Origin: a virus
Length of the DNA: 61,216 nt
Virus record (IMG/VR): IMGVR_UViG_3300045988_055475
Location: 1-61,216 of that record
Strand: one strand, 5' to 3'
The notes under the pieces were generated by a model. It had not been told where the DNA came from and did no database searches. It saw nothing but the letters and a program-made list of their open reading frames with translations. The position numbers and the translations under genes are program-made. Every line of letters starts with the position of its first letter. Positions within the stretch are counted from its first letter, which is position 1. This document shows, one piece after another, positions 19,400-29,623 of this stretch.

Positions 19400-22300
19400 A
19401 TGGCACTGGATGGTGTTTTGAATACGAATATTTCTGCAGCACAAGCGTATGCTGCTGCTCAGGCTGCACCTGCCTCTTCTGGTGTACAGCCCTATAGTGT
19501 TGTGATGGTCCCGGGCCTTACTGAGCAGGGACCGATGCAAGATACTCTTGCTCGTCGGGCTGCGTACCCGCGTCAGCAGTTTACGACTAGTGTTCCTCGT
19601 AGAGGGCCTAGTCAGGCTGATCTTGGACCTGCCTACGTAAGCACAGTACCTGATGAAGTTCCTGTGCACATGGCTGTTCCGGCTTTTAGTGGTTACTCTC
19701 AACCGTTTGAGTATCAAGAACCGAAGCCAGAACATGGTGAATATGTAAAGGGTTTCCTTCGTTCTATTCCTCAGACACAAGCTCTTGTTGCTGCTGGTGG
19801 TGCTGCTCTTGCTGACCTTATGGGTCATGAACAGACTGCTGGTGATTTGATGTACTATGCACAACAGAAGCAAGAAGAAGCACAAGCTCCTGAGCTGAAA
19901 GCTGCTGTTGAATCTTACAAAGATGTAGACAGTATTCAGAAGTTTGGTGATTACTTTGCTAGTCTTCTTGGCGAACAGACATTGAATGTAGGTATGTCTC
20001 TGACTGGTGGTGGCGTAGGTGCTGCTGCGGGTAAGAGAGTACTTGCTGGTGCTTTGTCTGGTGCTATTGAAAAGAAGACTGCTCAGCTTGTAGCTTCTGG
20101 TGTTGCTGAAGCTGAGGCTCGTGCTGCTGCTACTAAAGCTGTGACCGCTACTGTTGGTGCACAGATTGGTGCAATGGCTCCTGAGTTTGTACTGAACACT
20201 GGTGAGAACTACTCTGGTAACTATGCTGAGGGAGGGTTGCTTACTTCTAATCCCGGCATGGATATTGGTACCGGTATCTTGCAGTCTGCTGTTACACTGC
20301 TTGGCGGTGAAAGTCAACTGCTTCGTAAGATGACTGGCGTTAAGGTACCTGATGCTGTTGAACGTACTTTCAAGGAAAAGCTCAAGGCTTCTGCGTTGTC
20401 TCTGCCCAAGGCCATGATTGGTGAAGGTGCAGAAGAATACACACAGGAATGGTTGGGTGCAGTAAACAGTATGATTCAGGACGGACGTGCTCAGCTTACT
20501 GCTGATGACTTCGACCGTATGATGGAGGCTGGTATTGCTGGTGCTCTTGTTGGTTCTGCCTCTGGTGGAGCTAGCGTTATGGTTGACATGTTCAAGCATT
20601 CACCTAAGACAGACATTCCGTATGTTAACCCAGACCAGACGCCTCTTGAACTTCAGACTAAGTTTGAAGAAGAGCTAACTAAGATTGATCCCTTCACTCA
20701 GATCTCTAAGGGTGAAGGCATCATGCGTGATGCTATTCGTGTAGAAGCACAGAAAGCTGTAGCTGCTTCTGAAGAATCTTTTGCTCGTGCTCGTAATCCT
20801 ATTGTCAATGCTTTGCGTAAGACAAAGGATGAGTTGACTACTGCTCGTGCAGGTACGTCCCCTAAGTACGCTCTGCTTGCTACGCAAGAAGCAAAGGACG
20901 CGTACATCAAGAAGCTTGAACGTGCCCAGCAGAAGTATGCTGCCCAGCTTGCTCGGCTTGCTCAAGCAGAGCGTGAAGACATTAAGCAACGTAAGCAACA
21001 GTTTGAGAAGGATCTTTCTGAGTCTGATAAGAAGGCTCGTAAGGCTTTCCGTGAAACTGTAACAGAACGCTTTAAGAAGCTCGGCTATGATACCAACCTT
21101 ACGGCTGAACAGATTGTTGATGACCGTAGGTATCAGGAAGCTTTGTTTAAGAAAGACCCGGTCAAGTACACTGAGATTATAAACAGCATTCAAGATACTC
21201 AGCAGTACGTACAGCGTAAGCTTAATCGTGCTGACGAACGTATGTCTAAGCTGCACGCACGTAGAGCTGAATACAATGTATTCCTTGAACTCTTGCAGCA
21301 GAATGCTATTCCGTACAGCGAACGCCAGTATGAGTTTGTTACAAGTGAGCTTGCTCGTATTGACAAAGAACTTGCACAGACAAATAGATTGAAGGCAGAA
21401 GTTAGAAAATCTGCCGTCAACCTTGCTCGTTCTGCTGCACGTTCACAGGACTTGTCTGAGATTCAGACGAACATGGATGCCTTGTTTGCTAAGGCAGATA
21501 GGCTTGACCCTGCTGTTCCTTTTGAACTTGACTTGCGTAAGCAGTTGAAGGATCTTGCAGACAAGGAAACTCAAGACCGTATTGATGCTCTGCTTAAGAA
21601 TGCACGTGCTTTGCGCAGTACAGCCAAGCTGACCAACGATCCCAATTATACGTGGGATGCAGACTTTGCTGACTGGCAGGCTGCACAGATGGGCTCCTCT
21701 AATCAGCAGGCTGCTCTGCCTAGTGCTGATGCTTTCTCGCAGAAGTATGGTGCTCTTCAGCAGAATGTTGCCCTTGAGCAAGCTGCTGCTCTGAACAATC
21801 AGATTGATCGTGACAGAGTTGCTGCTGACCAGTACATGCGTAACATGATTGCTGAACAACAGCAGCGTGCGTATGAAGCTTCTCCTGCTTATCAGGCGCA
21901 GCTTAAGGTGGCTCAGGATAAGGCTAGCTATGACAACGCTTTGGATGGTAACATCCCTGCACGTCAGGCTATTCCTCAAGAGACTTCTCAAGCTCGTCGT
22001 GACCTTGAGTCTGAACAGCTCAGGCGTATGTACAAGCAAGAGCAGCGGTCCAAGCAGATTCGTAATGACATTGAAGTACAGCGCCAGTCCTTTGAACGAT
22101 ACACTCAGCAGGAAAAGGAAGTAGACTTCCAGCTTGCTTCTGAAGCTACGCAGCAGGTGTACGACTGGATGAAGAACACGTTGACTCAGCTTCCCGGCTT
22201 GAAGGATGTTGTGTCTATCTGTTCTTCTGTCACTGACAGCAACGTGCCTACTGCTGTGCATGATGCTCTTGTTAACCTGTCCTTTAAGAGTACAGACAAG

Positions 22301-25300
22301 AAGGCTATTCCGCAGGCAGTGTACTGTGATGGGAAGATCTATGTGTTCGCTGACCGAGTAAAGTCTAAGGCACAGGCAGTACGTCTGCTTATGCACGAAG
22401 GTGTTGCTCACTATGGTCTGCGTGCTATCATGACTCCTCGTCAGTTTACTGGATTCATGGCTGCTGTCTATCGTGATGCTTACGACACTCCTCTGTGGAG
22501 AGAGTTTGAACGTCAGCGTCCTGCATACGAGAATGCTAATGACCTCGTTCGCACAGAAGAGTTCATTGCTTGGATAGCTGAACGTGAGTCTCCTAAGTCT
22601 TTGCTTGAACGTCTCCCTGTCATTCGTGACCTGTACAAGTTTATTCGTAAGCTGTATCAGAAGTTGTTTGGTGTAGACGGTTATGTTACTGAAGCTGATG
22701 TCAAGGATGTCCTTGCTGCTTCTGCACAGAATCTTGCCAGCACCAAGCCTCAGGGTGTTTCCTCTGGCTACACTATCTGGGGTCGTGCTACGTACATGAG
22801 CTCGGCTATGAATAACGTGGCTCCTCAGTACGAACGTGTTGACCTTGTGGGCCCAGACGCTTTTGCTGCTCCATATGGTTGGGGAACTTACTTCTCTCAT
22901 CCTACGAAGCTTGCTGATTACTTCAGGAGATTCAACAACAAGCAGTCTGGTCTTCCCGGACAGATCTATAAGAACTACGCTCCTTCCTTTGAACAGTTCA
23001 TGAACTGGGAACGTCCTCTGTCTGAACAAAGATATGTTGCAGAACATCTCACCCGTTTGTTCAAGCAGATGCCTCCTCAGCAGGTTCCTGCACAGGATGG
23101 TATGCATATCCAGTTCTTGGGTAAGGACATTGGTGTCTTCCTTGACAAGAATGAACTTACTCAGTTTATGAAGAACAAGAGATACCTTGAACGTGTGACT
23201 GGGCAGGATGTGTACGAATACCTTGCTTCTCAGCTTAATGACACTAAGCAGATCTCCAGTATGCTGAGAGACTTGGGTGTGGCTGGTACTACCTTTAACT
23301 ACAACAACTCTCAGAGCTATTGTTTGTTTGAAGGTGATGATATCAGTCATACTGCTCCTGCATACAGTTCTCCTGAAGTTCGCTTCATGATAGCTGAAGA
23401 TACTACTTACAGTGACATGCCTCCTCTCTACCTTGAAGAGTGGAAGCGTGCACAGATGAGACAGCAGAACTGGAATGGCTTTATCGCTAAGGTAAGAAAC
23501 CTCGGTAAGTCCGTGGGCTTGGACGGTAAGCTAGTTTCACACACTGGCTTTGAAAGACTCGTAGATGGTATGTACGACAAGTATCGTCGTGTTCAGATCG
23601 TGCAGAGGTATATCAAGGATACGATTGGTAAGAATGTCATTACTCCTGCTACGAACATCTACCGTCATTTGACTGGTATGGTGAACAGGATTAACGAAAA
23701 GCGTACTGACATCATGAACCAGAAGTTTGCTCCTCTTTGTGAAAAGATTGGTAAGCTTGACATCCCTGCTGTGAAGGAAGCTCTTGACGATCTGCGTAAG
23801 GCTGGTCGTAAGATTACTGAGCAGGACAGGGTCAATGCTATCTGGTCTGCTCTTGACGAGTTCCTTCTGGCTCGACATGCGCTTGAACGTAACGCTGAAG
23901 TTAACAGGCGGTATCGTGGTAAGAATAAGCTAGAGTCTCCTTCTGGTCTTACTGACCAGCAGGCACAGGCTATCATTGACAAGTACTCTGACGTACCGGG
24001 TATGAATGAGATTGCTGCACAGTTTGACCAGCTTGGTAGATACCATCTGGACTTGCTGGATAAGTATCGCATTGTACCCAAGACTCTTACTGACAAGCTG
24101 CGTGCTACCTATAAGCACTACGTCCCGTTGAAGAACTGGGAAGAGTTCGTCGACGATCTTGATCCTGACTATGCACACAAGAGATCTAAGGCTGGTATTT
24201 CTATGGGCGGTCGGGAGTTGTTGAAGAAGGCGAAGGGGCGGGAAGGTCTTGCAGAAAGTCCTTCTACACACCTGATGTTGCAGATCATGGATACTATCAA
24301 CATCGGTGAGAAGAACGATGTGTCTCGTCGTCTGCTCAACCTCGTTCGAGAAGCTCCTAATGAAGAGCTGTGGGAGATCGCTACGGATAAGAATGAGAAG
24401 GGACAGCCCTACTTCCGTATGTCTGAGAAGGGAGACGGTACTCTTTACTATGTGAGGAAGTCGCATAGTCTTGAAGGTAAAGACTACAAGTTCATCAACG
24501 TAATTGATGAAAAGGGTAACCGTGTTCGTATTGCTATCAAGGACGCGGCTCTTGCTGCTGCCTTGCGTAATGAGAACAACCTTGAGACAGGCGCAATCAT
24601 TAACAACATTCGTAAGCTGACACAGAAGTTCGCTGCTCTGTACACTACGTACAACCCTGTGTTTGCTATCAAGAACTATCCTCGAGATATTCAGACTGCT
24701 ATCCTTAACGTAGGTAATGTGATCTCTGAAGCACAGGCAAACAACCTGCTTGGCAAGGAGAACAACATTCGTCAGCGTATCGTCAAGGACGCTATGTCTA
24801 TGCGCATGGTCAAGTTCCTCTGGGCAGAACTGAACGGTAAGGAATACGGCGGTAAGGATGCAGCGTACCTCAAGGAGATGTACAAGAAGTTTACTGAGTC
24901 TGGCGGGCATACTCGTATGTTCCTTGCCAACGACTACAAGACTATGTACAAGGATGTACGTGAGCTGTCAAAGCAGAAGGGTAAGTTTAAGGAAACTCTT
25001 GACAAGGCTCTTAAGTATCTGGACACTATTTCTGACGTGTCTGAAAATGCTACTCGCTTCTCTGTGTTCGTTGCTCTGACTCAGGAGTTTGATAACCATC
25101 TCGCTCAGGAAGCTAAGCGTAATGGTTGGTCTGCTAAGCAGATGCAAGAGATGATGGAAACTGCACATCAGCGTGCAGCTAACGAAGCTCTGGAGATCAC
25201 GGTTAACTTTACTCGTAAGGGTTCGTGGGCTCCGTTCTTCAACAGTCTGTGGGCATTCTCCTCTGCTAACATCGGTGGTAACGTGCGTATTCTGCGTAAC

Positions 25301-26383
25301 CTCTGGAGACGTGGAGACAGCTTTGCTAACAACGCAAAGAGAACTGCTGCTTACATGGCTTACTCAATCGCTTGTGGTGTTCCTCATGCTCTGTTGTGCA
25401 GATGGCTTATGGGAGATGACGATGACGGTGTGAGCAAGTATGATAAGATTCCTGACTACATCAAGGACAGTAACCTTATCATCCCTGCACCTTTTGGTGA
25501 CGGTGGCTACGTAAAGATTCCTCTGCCCTATGGGTACAACATCTTCTGGGTAGCTTCGAATGCAATAGAAGGTGTGATCAGCGGACGCACCAAACCTTCC
25601 TCTGCTGCTGCTAAAATCTTTGGTGCTTCCTTTGATAACTTCAACCCTGTTGGCGGAGCTTCTTTGTTGAACTTCATGCCTACTATCTTCCGTCCTATTA
25701 GTGAAGTAGTTGCTAACCAGAACAGCTTTGGTTATGCTCTTATGCCTGACAGCACACACAGCTTCAAGGGTGAAGTGCCTAACAGTCAGAAGTACTGGGG
25801 TACTAATCCTATGTGGTGTCGTGTTGTGGCAGAGACGCTGAACTCTTGGACGTTCGGGTCTAAGGTTGAGAAGGGTTGGATTGACGTGTCTCCTGAAACC
25901 ATTCAGCATCTTACTGAATCATACATGGGTGGTCTTGGTAGAGTCATCACTCAAGCTCTTAACATAATGGTTTCTCCTGTTACTGGTGCTCCTGTTGAGC
26001 TGAAGAATGTACCTCTTGCTAGTTCTTTCTTCGGCAAGGTTGGTTATGGTGATACACTTAATGAGTACAGTAAGGTTCGTAATAAGATTCAAGTAGGTTT
26101 GAATGAACTTGACCTTGCTCAGAAGGATACGACTCTTTCTCCTGACGAACGTACTGCGATTAGAAATAAGAACAGAACTATTCAGCAGCTCAAGGGCAGG
26201 TATGATTCTGTCAACGCTCGCTTGAACAGTGTACGTAAGCTTGAGAAGTTGAATGAAAAGAACAACAGGTCTTCGGGTGCTAAGTACTACGAAGAAAAGG
26301 AACGGCTGCAGAAGCGCAAGGAATTCTTGATGAAGGAACTTACTCGTGTGGCTAAGCAAGCAGGTCTTGACTACAGGGATTAA
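19400..26383 (+). CDS. Giant 2327-aa protein: candidate internal virion / ejection (injected) multi-domain protein
   Basis: Single uninterrupted 6.98-kb ORF after the tail genes; long coiled-coil and Ala/Gly-rich segments; no polymerase motifs recognised by eye. Confidence 0.8.
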   Translation: MALDGVLNTNISAAQAYAAAQAAPASSGVQPYSVVMVPGLTEQGPMQDTLARRAAYPRQQFTTSVPRRGPSQADLGPAYVSTVPDEVPVHMAVPAFSGYSQPFEYQEPKPEHGEYVKGFLRSIPQTQALVAAGGAALADLMGHEQTAGDLMYYAQQKQEEAQAPELKAAVESYKDVDSIQKFGDYFASLLGEQTLNVGMSLTGGGVGAAAGKRVLAGALSGAIEKKTAQLVASGVAEAEARAAATKAVTATVGAQIGAMAPEFVLNTGENYSGNYAEGGLLTSNPGMDIGTGILQSAVTLLGGESQLLRKMTGVKVPDAVERTFKEKLKASALSLPKAMIGEGAEEYTQEWLGAVNSMIQDGRAQLTADDFDRMMEAGIAGALVGSASGGASVMVDMFKHSPKTDIPYVNPDQTPLELQTKFEEELTKIDPFTQISKGEGIMRDAIRVEAQKAVAASEESFARARNPIVNALRKTKDELTTARAGTSPKYALLATQEAKDAYIKKLERAQQKYAAQLARLAQAEREDIKQRKQQFEKDLSESDKKARKAFRETVTERFKKLGYDTNLTAEQIVDDRRYQEALFKKDPVKYTEIINSIQDTQQYVQRKLNRADERMSKLHARRAEYNVFLELLQQNAIPYSERQYEFVTSELARIDKELAQTNRLKAEVRKSAVNLARSAARSQDLSEIQTNMDALFAKADRLDPAVPFELDLRKQLKDLADKETQDRIDALLKNARALRSTAKLTNDPNYTWDADFADWQAAQMGSSNQQAALPSADAFSQKYGALQQNVALEQAAALNNQIDRDRVAADQYMRNMIAEQQQRAYEASPAYQAQLKVAQDKASYDNALDGNIPARQAIPQETSQARRDLESEQLRRMYKQEQRSKQIRNDIEVQRQSFERYTQQEKEVDFQLASEATQQVYDWMKNTLTQLPGLKDVVSICSSVTDSNVPTAVHDALVNLSFKSTDKKAIPQAVYCDGKIYVFADRVKSKAQAVRLLMHEGVAHYGLRAIMTPRQFTGFMAAVYRDAYDTPLWREFERQRPAYENANDLVRTEEFIAWIAERESPKSLLERLPVIRDLYKFIRKLYQKLFGVDGYVTEADVKDVLAASAQNLASTKPQGVSSGYTIWGRATYMSSAMNNVAPQYERVDLVGPDAFAAPYGWGTYFSHPTKLADYFRRFNNKQSGLPGQIYKNYAPSFEQFMNWERPLSEQRYVAEHLTRLFKQMPPQQVPAQDGMHIQFLGKDIGVFLDKNELTQFMKNKRYLERVTGQDVYEYLASQLNDTKQISSMLRDLGVAGTTFNYNNSQSYCLFEGDDISHTAPAYSSPEVRFMIAEDTTYSDMPPLYLEEWKRAQMRQQNWNGFIAKVRNLGKSVGLDGKLVSHTGFERLVDGMYDKYRRVQIVQRYIKDTIGKNVITPATNIYRHLTGMVNRINEKRTDIMNQKFAPLCEKIGKLDIPAVKEALDDLRKAGRKITEQDRVNAIWSALDEFLLARHALERNAEVNRRYRGKNKLESPSGLTDQQAQAIIDKYSDVPGMNEIAAQFDQLGRYHLDLLDKYRIVPKTLTDKLRATYKHYVPLKNWEEFVDDLDPDYAHKRSKAGISMGGRELLKKAKGREGLAESPSTHLMLQIMDTINIGEKNDVSRRLLNLVREAPNEELWEIATDKNEKGQPYFRMSEKGDGTLYYVRKSHSLEGKDYKFINVIDEKGNRVRIAIKDAALAAALRNENNLETGAIINNIRKLTQKFAALYTTYNPVFAIKNYPRDIQTAILNVGNVISEAQANNLLGKENNIRQRIVKDAMSMRMVKFLWAELNGKEYGGKDAAYLKEMYKKFTESGGHTRMFLANDYKTMYKDVRELSKQKGKFKETLDKALKYLDTISDVSENATRFSVFVALTQEFDNHLAQEAKRNGWSAKQMQEMMETAHQRAANEALEITVNFTRKGSWAPFFNSLWAFSSANIGGNVRILRNLWRRGDSFANNAKRTAAYMAYSIACGVPHALLCRWLMGDDDDGVSKYDKIPDYIKDSNLIIPAPFGDGGYVKIPLPYGYNIFWVASNAIEGVISGRTKPSSAAAKIFGASFDNFNPVGGASLLNFMPTIFRPISEVVANQNSFGYALMPDSTHSFKGEVPNSQKYWGTNPMWCRVVAETLNSWTFGSKVEKGWIDVSPETIQHLTESYMGGLGRVITQALNIMVSPVTGAPVELKNVPLASSFFGKVGYGDTLNEYSKVRNKIQVGLNELDLAQKDTTLSPDERTAIRNKNRTIQQLKGRYDSVNARLNSVRKLEKLNEKNNRSSGAKYYEEKERLQKRKEFLMKELTRVAKQAGLDYRD

Positions 26384-26385
26384 CT

Positions 26386-26853
26386 ATGTTAAACATAATC
26401 GCTAAGCCTGTTGAAGCACTTGTTTCCGGTGTTGTGGGATGGTTCACAAGTAAGCAAAAGCTTAAAGAGGTAGAGTTGCAGAGTAAGATCGAAGTAGCTA
26501 AAGCTAAGGCTGCTGCTAAGATTGATCTCTACAAGTCTGGAGTGGTGGGAGATATTGCGTGGGAGAAAGACTCCCTCGACAACTCTGAATGGAAGGATGA
26601 GTTCTGGACACTAGTTATCTCTATGCCACTTATTCTTGCTTGGTGTCCGTGGACAGCAGATTGGGTAACACATGGGTTTGAAACCTTTGCTACTATGCCT
26701 GATTGGTATCAGATAGCATTTGGTATCTGTGTGTCGTCCGCCTTTGGTTTCAAGAAGTTTGCTGAGATCATGTCCCTCAAGAATGGTGTCAATGTTTCAC
26801 GCGTACAAGAAATAAAACAGCTTCTTGCTGATGTGCCTGAAGATAAAAATTAG
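26386..26853 (+). CDS. Small membrane protein with two predicted TM helices; holin-like candidate (155 aa)
   Basis: Hydrophobic stretches 'TLVISMPLILAWCPW' and 'WYQIAFGICVSSAFGF'; last gene of plus arm, directly before the bidirectional terminator. Confidence 0.45.
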   Translation: MLNIIAKPVEALVSGVVGWFTSKQKLKEVELQSKIEVAKAKAAAKIDLYKSGVVGDIAWEKDSLDNSEWKDEFWTLVISMPLILAWCPWTADWVTHGFETFATMPDWYQIAFGICVSSAFGFKKFAEIMSLKNGVNVSRVQEIKQLLADVPEDKN

Positions 26854-26855
26854 GC

Positions 26856-26903
26856 AAAAGAAAACCCCCTAAGAGCCCGAAGGCCCAAAGGGGGTTTCTT
26901 TGT
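26856..26903. terminator. Bidirectional intrinsic terminator between the convergent plus and minus arms
   Basis: 'aaaaccccct...agggggttt' stem flanked by an A-run on the left and 'tctttg' on the right. Confidence 0.65.
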
Positions 26904-26905
26904 AT

Positions 26906-27214
26906 CTACAGTTCGATAATGCATTCTGTTTTAACTTGTGTTTCTGTACAACCATGAATAGTCGAATGCTCTACTAGTTCAGGGTTACTGACTTCTTTCT
27001 GTTGTGCAGGTTGAATAGTTTGTGTTGCTAGAGTCATACCTAGAATAGCTTTAGCTTCTCCAAGTTCTGCTTCAAGCTGACGTTTCTTAACGTCCACTTC
27101 TTGCTGAATCTTAACACCGTACATTTTAACAGCGTCATTGTCAGAAGCTAATAGCTGCGTGGCTATAGGTGCCCACGTATGAACGTATTCTGCAAGAGCA
27201 GTAAGTTTCGACAT
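26906..27214 (-). CDS. Hypothetical protein (102 aa), last gene of minus arm
   Basis: RBS 'gaggag' 6 nt before ATG 27214. Confidence 0.5.
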   Translation of the reverse strand: MSKLTALAEYVHTWAPIATQLLASDNDAVKMYGVKIQQEVDVKKRQLEAELGEAKAILGMTLATQTIQPAQQKEVSNPELVEHSTIHGCTETQVKTECIIEL

Positions 27215-27230
27215 CGTAACTCCTCTAATA

Positions 27231-27275
27231 GAAAACCCCCTGCAGTTCTTGATCTTTCCTGCAAGGGGTTTCTGC
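27231..27275. terminator. Terminator or attenuator-like hairpin upstream of the last minus-strand gene
   Basis: 13-bp near-perfect stem 'aaaccccctgcag'/'ctgcaaggggttt' followed by T-run on both strands. Confidence 0.4.
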
Positions 27276-27427
27276 GTGTGTATGCAACCAGTGGGTCACT
27301 CCCAGAGTACAGCCAGTCCACGCAACTGTCGCTCTTGATTATAAAATAATCATTAACGAGAAGTTGTCAAGACCTAGCGTCCTCTTTTCTTCTTTTTCTT
27401 ACCACCACAGGCCATACGTACCTCCCC

Positions 27428-27658
27428 TTAGAGGAATGCGATGCGGGCAGGTTCCATACTCTCAAGATCGAGTACGAGGAGCTTGCCATCCCGCACGTCT
27501 TTCAGCAGGGAAAGCTCCCCTACCCGAGACAGTTCTTTATTCAAGCAACCTTGATAGCGTTCAACATTATGAACCGCTTTATCAAGTTCACTTTTATATA
27601 TTTCAGCATTACGCTGAGCTTGCTTAATACGTTCTTCGATTGAAGGAACACCAAACAT
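27428..27658 (-). CDS. Small coiled-coil protein (76 aa)
   Basis: RBS 'aagga' before ATG; charged helical sequence. Confidence 0.45.
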   Translation of the reverse strand: MFGVPSIEERIKQAQRNAEIYKSELDKAVHNVERYQGCLNKELSRVGELSLLKDVRDGKLLVLDLESMEPARIAFL

Positions 27659-27670
27659 GTTTAGTCCTTA

Positions 27671-27697
27671 TAAGAAAGGGGGAACCGTAGCTCCCCC
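27671..27697 (-). terminator. Intrinsic terminator-like hairpin after the membrane-protein gene
   Basis: 'ggggga-accgtagc-tccccc' followed on the minus strand by 'tttctta'. Confidence 0.45.
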
Positions 27698-27722
27698 AAA
27701 CTATCAAGCTATGCTTTAACTA

Positions 27723-28448
27723 CTAGGCAGCAGGCGTGGTAGTAGAAGCCTTAGACAGTGCTTCAATGATAGCACGGGTCTGAGCATTCTGAGACAGCTG
27801 CATCGCAAGCGCAGCGTTCTCGCGTTCCAGCCCACTGATCTTTTCCTGAGTCATGTAACCAATGATCGCCGCCTGATTAGCCTGAATGGCAGCAAGCGTT
27901 TCACAATGGTTGGCGGCCATGCGGGTCTTGATGTCGCAGAATTCCTGCTGGTTCTGGAACTGATTGGCCGTAGCCTGTTCCCGAATACCAGTAGCAAGAT
28001 CCTGCATACGGAGCTGCGTCTGGCAGCAGCAATCGGAAAGCTGGTGAGACAGCGCGTCAGTGGCACGCTGAGCAGCATTCGTAGAACGTTCGATGTTCAG
28101 ATTGGTTTCGCAGCAACACTTCGAGGCAGCGTCACGGGCGTCACGAATACTGTTGTTCAGAGAGAATGTAGTATCACACATCCCGTTACCAAGCGAGTTC
28201 AGACGATCCATAATCTGGAACGTATCAGAAGTCGCAGCACTATTGGGCATAGCAGCCCCACCACGATTACCAAACATACCGTTCCCGAACCCTCCGAAAG
28301 CAAACAAGATAATCAGGATCCACCACATCCACTGCTGGCCACCCATAGCACCGCCGTTCATAGCCATCATTTCAGCGAGCTTGTTGTCGTCACCAGACTT
28401 AGCAAGAGTAAGGAGATCCGCAAGAGAGCCCTGTTCCATCATGTTCAA
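27723..28448 (-). CDS. Membrane protein (241 aa) with one TM helix and unusual 'CCCETN'/'CCCQTQ' triplets
   Basis: TM 'WMWWILIILFAFGGFG'; Gly/Asn/Gln-rich; Cys triplets read in the translation. Confidence 0.5.
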   Translation of the reverse strand: MNMMEQGSLADLLTLAKSGDDNKLAEMMAMNGGAMGGQQWMWWILIILFAFGGFGNGMFGNRGGAAMPNSAATSDTFQIMDRLNSLGNGMCDTTFSLNNSIRDARDAASKCCCETNLNIERSTNAAQRATDALSHQLSDCCCQTQLRMQDLATGIREQATANQFQNQQEFCDIKTRMAANHCETLAAIQANQAAIIGYMTQEKISGLERENAALAMQLSQNAQTRAIIEALSKASTTTPAA

Positions 28449-28592
28449 CCTTCTAGTTAGTTAAGCATTAGGACAGAGACAGGTAGCCAAGGAGATAAAG
28501 TCCACCTGTCTCTGACGTAGCTAACAACTACGTTTAAGGCAACATGATGTGCCTTACAATAAGGATAAGACTTGTTAGAGATTTGTCAAGGG

Positions 28593-28733
28593 CTACTTAC
28601 CCATTTGCTGACAGGCCATCTTCAGCAACCTAGAGAACTGGTCCCAGTCTTCCTGCGTAACATCCTTCGGAACTTCAAAGTCAATGTTGTAGTCCTTGCC
28701 ATTACAAGTAGCCTTGATTTCAAACTTAGTCAT
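28593..28733 (-). CDS. Small ORF (about 46 aa), unlisted because under 60 aa
   Basis: ATG at 28733 whose position nearly abuts the stop of the 28726 gene; protein-like composition (MTKFEIKATCNGKDYNIDFEVPKD...). Confidence 0.3.
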   Translation of the reverse strand: MTKFEIKATCNGKDYNIDFEVPKDVTQEDWDQFSRLLKMACQQMGK

Positions 28734-28929
28734 GTTTCTTTACCTTTTCTTCAAGAAAGATTGAGGGTTGGTAATTGTCACACGTATCACAGGTACATTT
28801 GTCTGGGTACATCCAGTCAGTACATTGGTCTTTATACTGCTGGTCTTCATACCAATGACAAGTACTAGGCCTCTTTTGAGGACTCTGCTGTGTGCGGAAG
28901 AACATACACAAGGTCTCTAGCAAGCTCAT
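28726..28929 (-). CDS. Small Cys-rich protein (67 aa or shorter from an internal Met)
   Basis: C-x-C-D-T-C-D pattern; overlaps the thyX 3' end, so the start is uncertain. Confidence 0.3.
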   Translation of the reverse strand: MSLLETLCMFFRTQQSPQKRPSTCHWYEDQQYKDQCTDWMYPDKCTCDTCDNYQPSIFLEEKVKKHD

Positions 28930-29623
28930 CTACTTCCTCCTTATAAAGTTGATAGATGTCTTCAAACACAGGTGGAAAGAGTTTATGCATATCACTCAGC
29001 AGCCGTAGCATAATGTACCGCATGTCCGGGTGAGCATCCTTTGCACATCTGAGTTTGAAGATTGTTCTCCACTCTCGAAGGTTAGCAGTTACTACGATAT
29101 CAGTGGCAAGGGCATTGGGAAGAACAGACCTAGCCTCCTGTGGACTACGTCCGCAGTGGTTTATAAGCTCTTTGTAAACAACACCAGCATCTTGACATGC
29201 ATCGTACCATTTGATGATAGCGTACTTCTTGACATTCTGACTAGGATTAGCCAAGTAGTAGCTGTAGTTCTCAAGAGCTTTGTCTGCTTCTTCGTTGGTA
29301 AACCAAGAAGGTCTTATAAACTCAATGTCCTTATCCTTGTAGTTGCAATATCGAGTACTTTCTTGAGCGAAACTCGCAAGGCGGTGACGCACCAGTTCAT
29401 GAGAGATACCACGGTCAATCCGAAAGTGTGCAGTAGCGTACCCGTGTTCGAGCATAGCTTCATGCCCTCGACGAACAAGTCGCTCGATGAAAGCCACATA
29501 GGAAGTTTCATTAATCTTGTCCTCCGATTTATAACAGGTACGTCCAGCGTCTTCAATCGTTTGCATGATGAAGTGTGGAGCAGATTGCAAAGAGACTATG
29601 ACAGAAGGATCAATTACTTTCAT
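28865..29623 (-). CDS. thyX: Flavin-dependent thymidylate synthase ThyX (252 aa)
   Basis: Canonical ThyX motif RHRX7S present as 'RHRLASFAQES'; size typical. Confidence 0.9.
   Translation of the reverse strand: MKVIDPSVIVSLQSAPHFIMQTIEDAGRTCYKSEDKINETSYVAFIERLVRRGHEAMLEHGYATAHFRIDRGISHELVRHRLASFAQESTRYCNYKDKDIEFIRPSWFTNEEADKALENYSYYLANPSQNVKKYAIIKWYDACQDAGVVYKELINHCGRSPQEARSVLPNALATDIVVTANLREWRTIFKLRCAKDAHPDMRYIMLRLLSDMHKLFPPVFEDIYQLYKEEVDELARDLVYVLPHTAESSKEA

Noticed and set aside
19394-23350. Minus-strand ORFs of 401 aa and 635 aa antisense to the giant gene
   Set aside because: Antisense to a continuous 7-kb ORF; Leu/Ser/Arg-rich junk translations with no start context.
27364-27627. 87-aa plus-strand ORF in the minus arm
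   Set aside because: Antisense to the 76-aa minus gene and upstream non-coding region; no ribosome-binding site.
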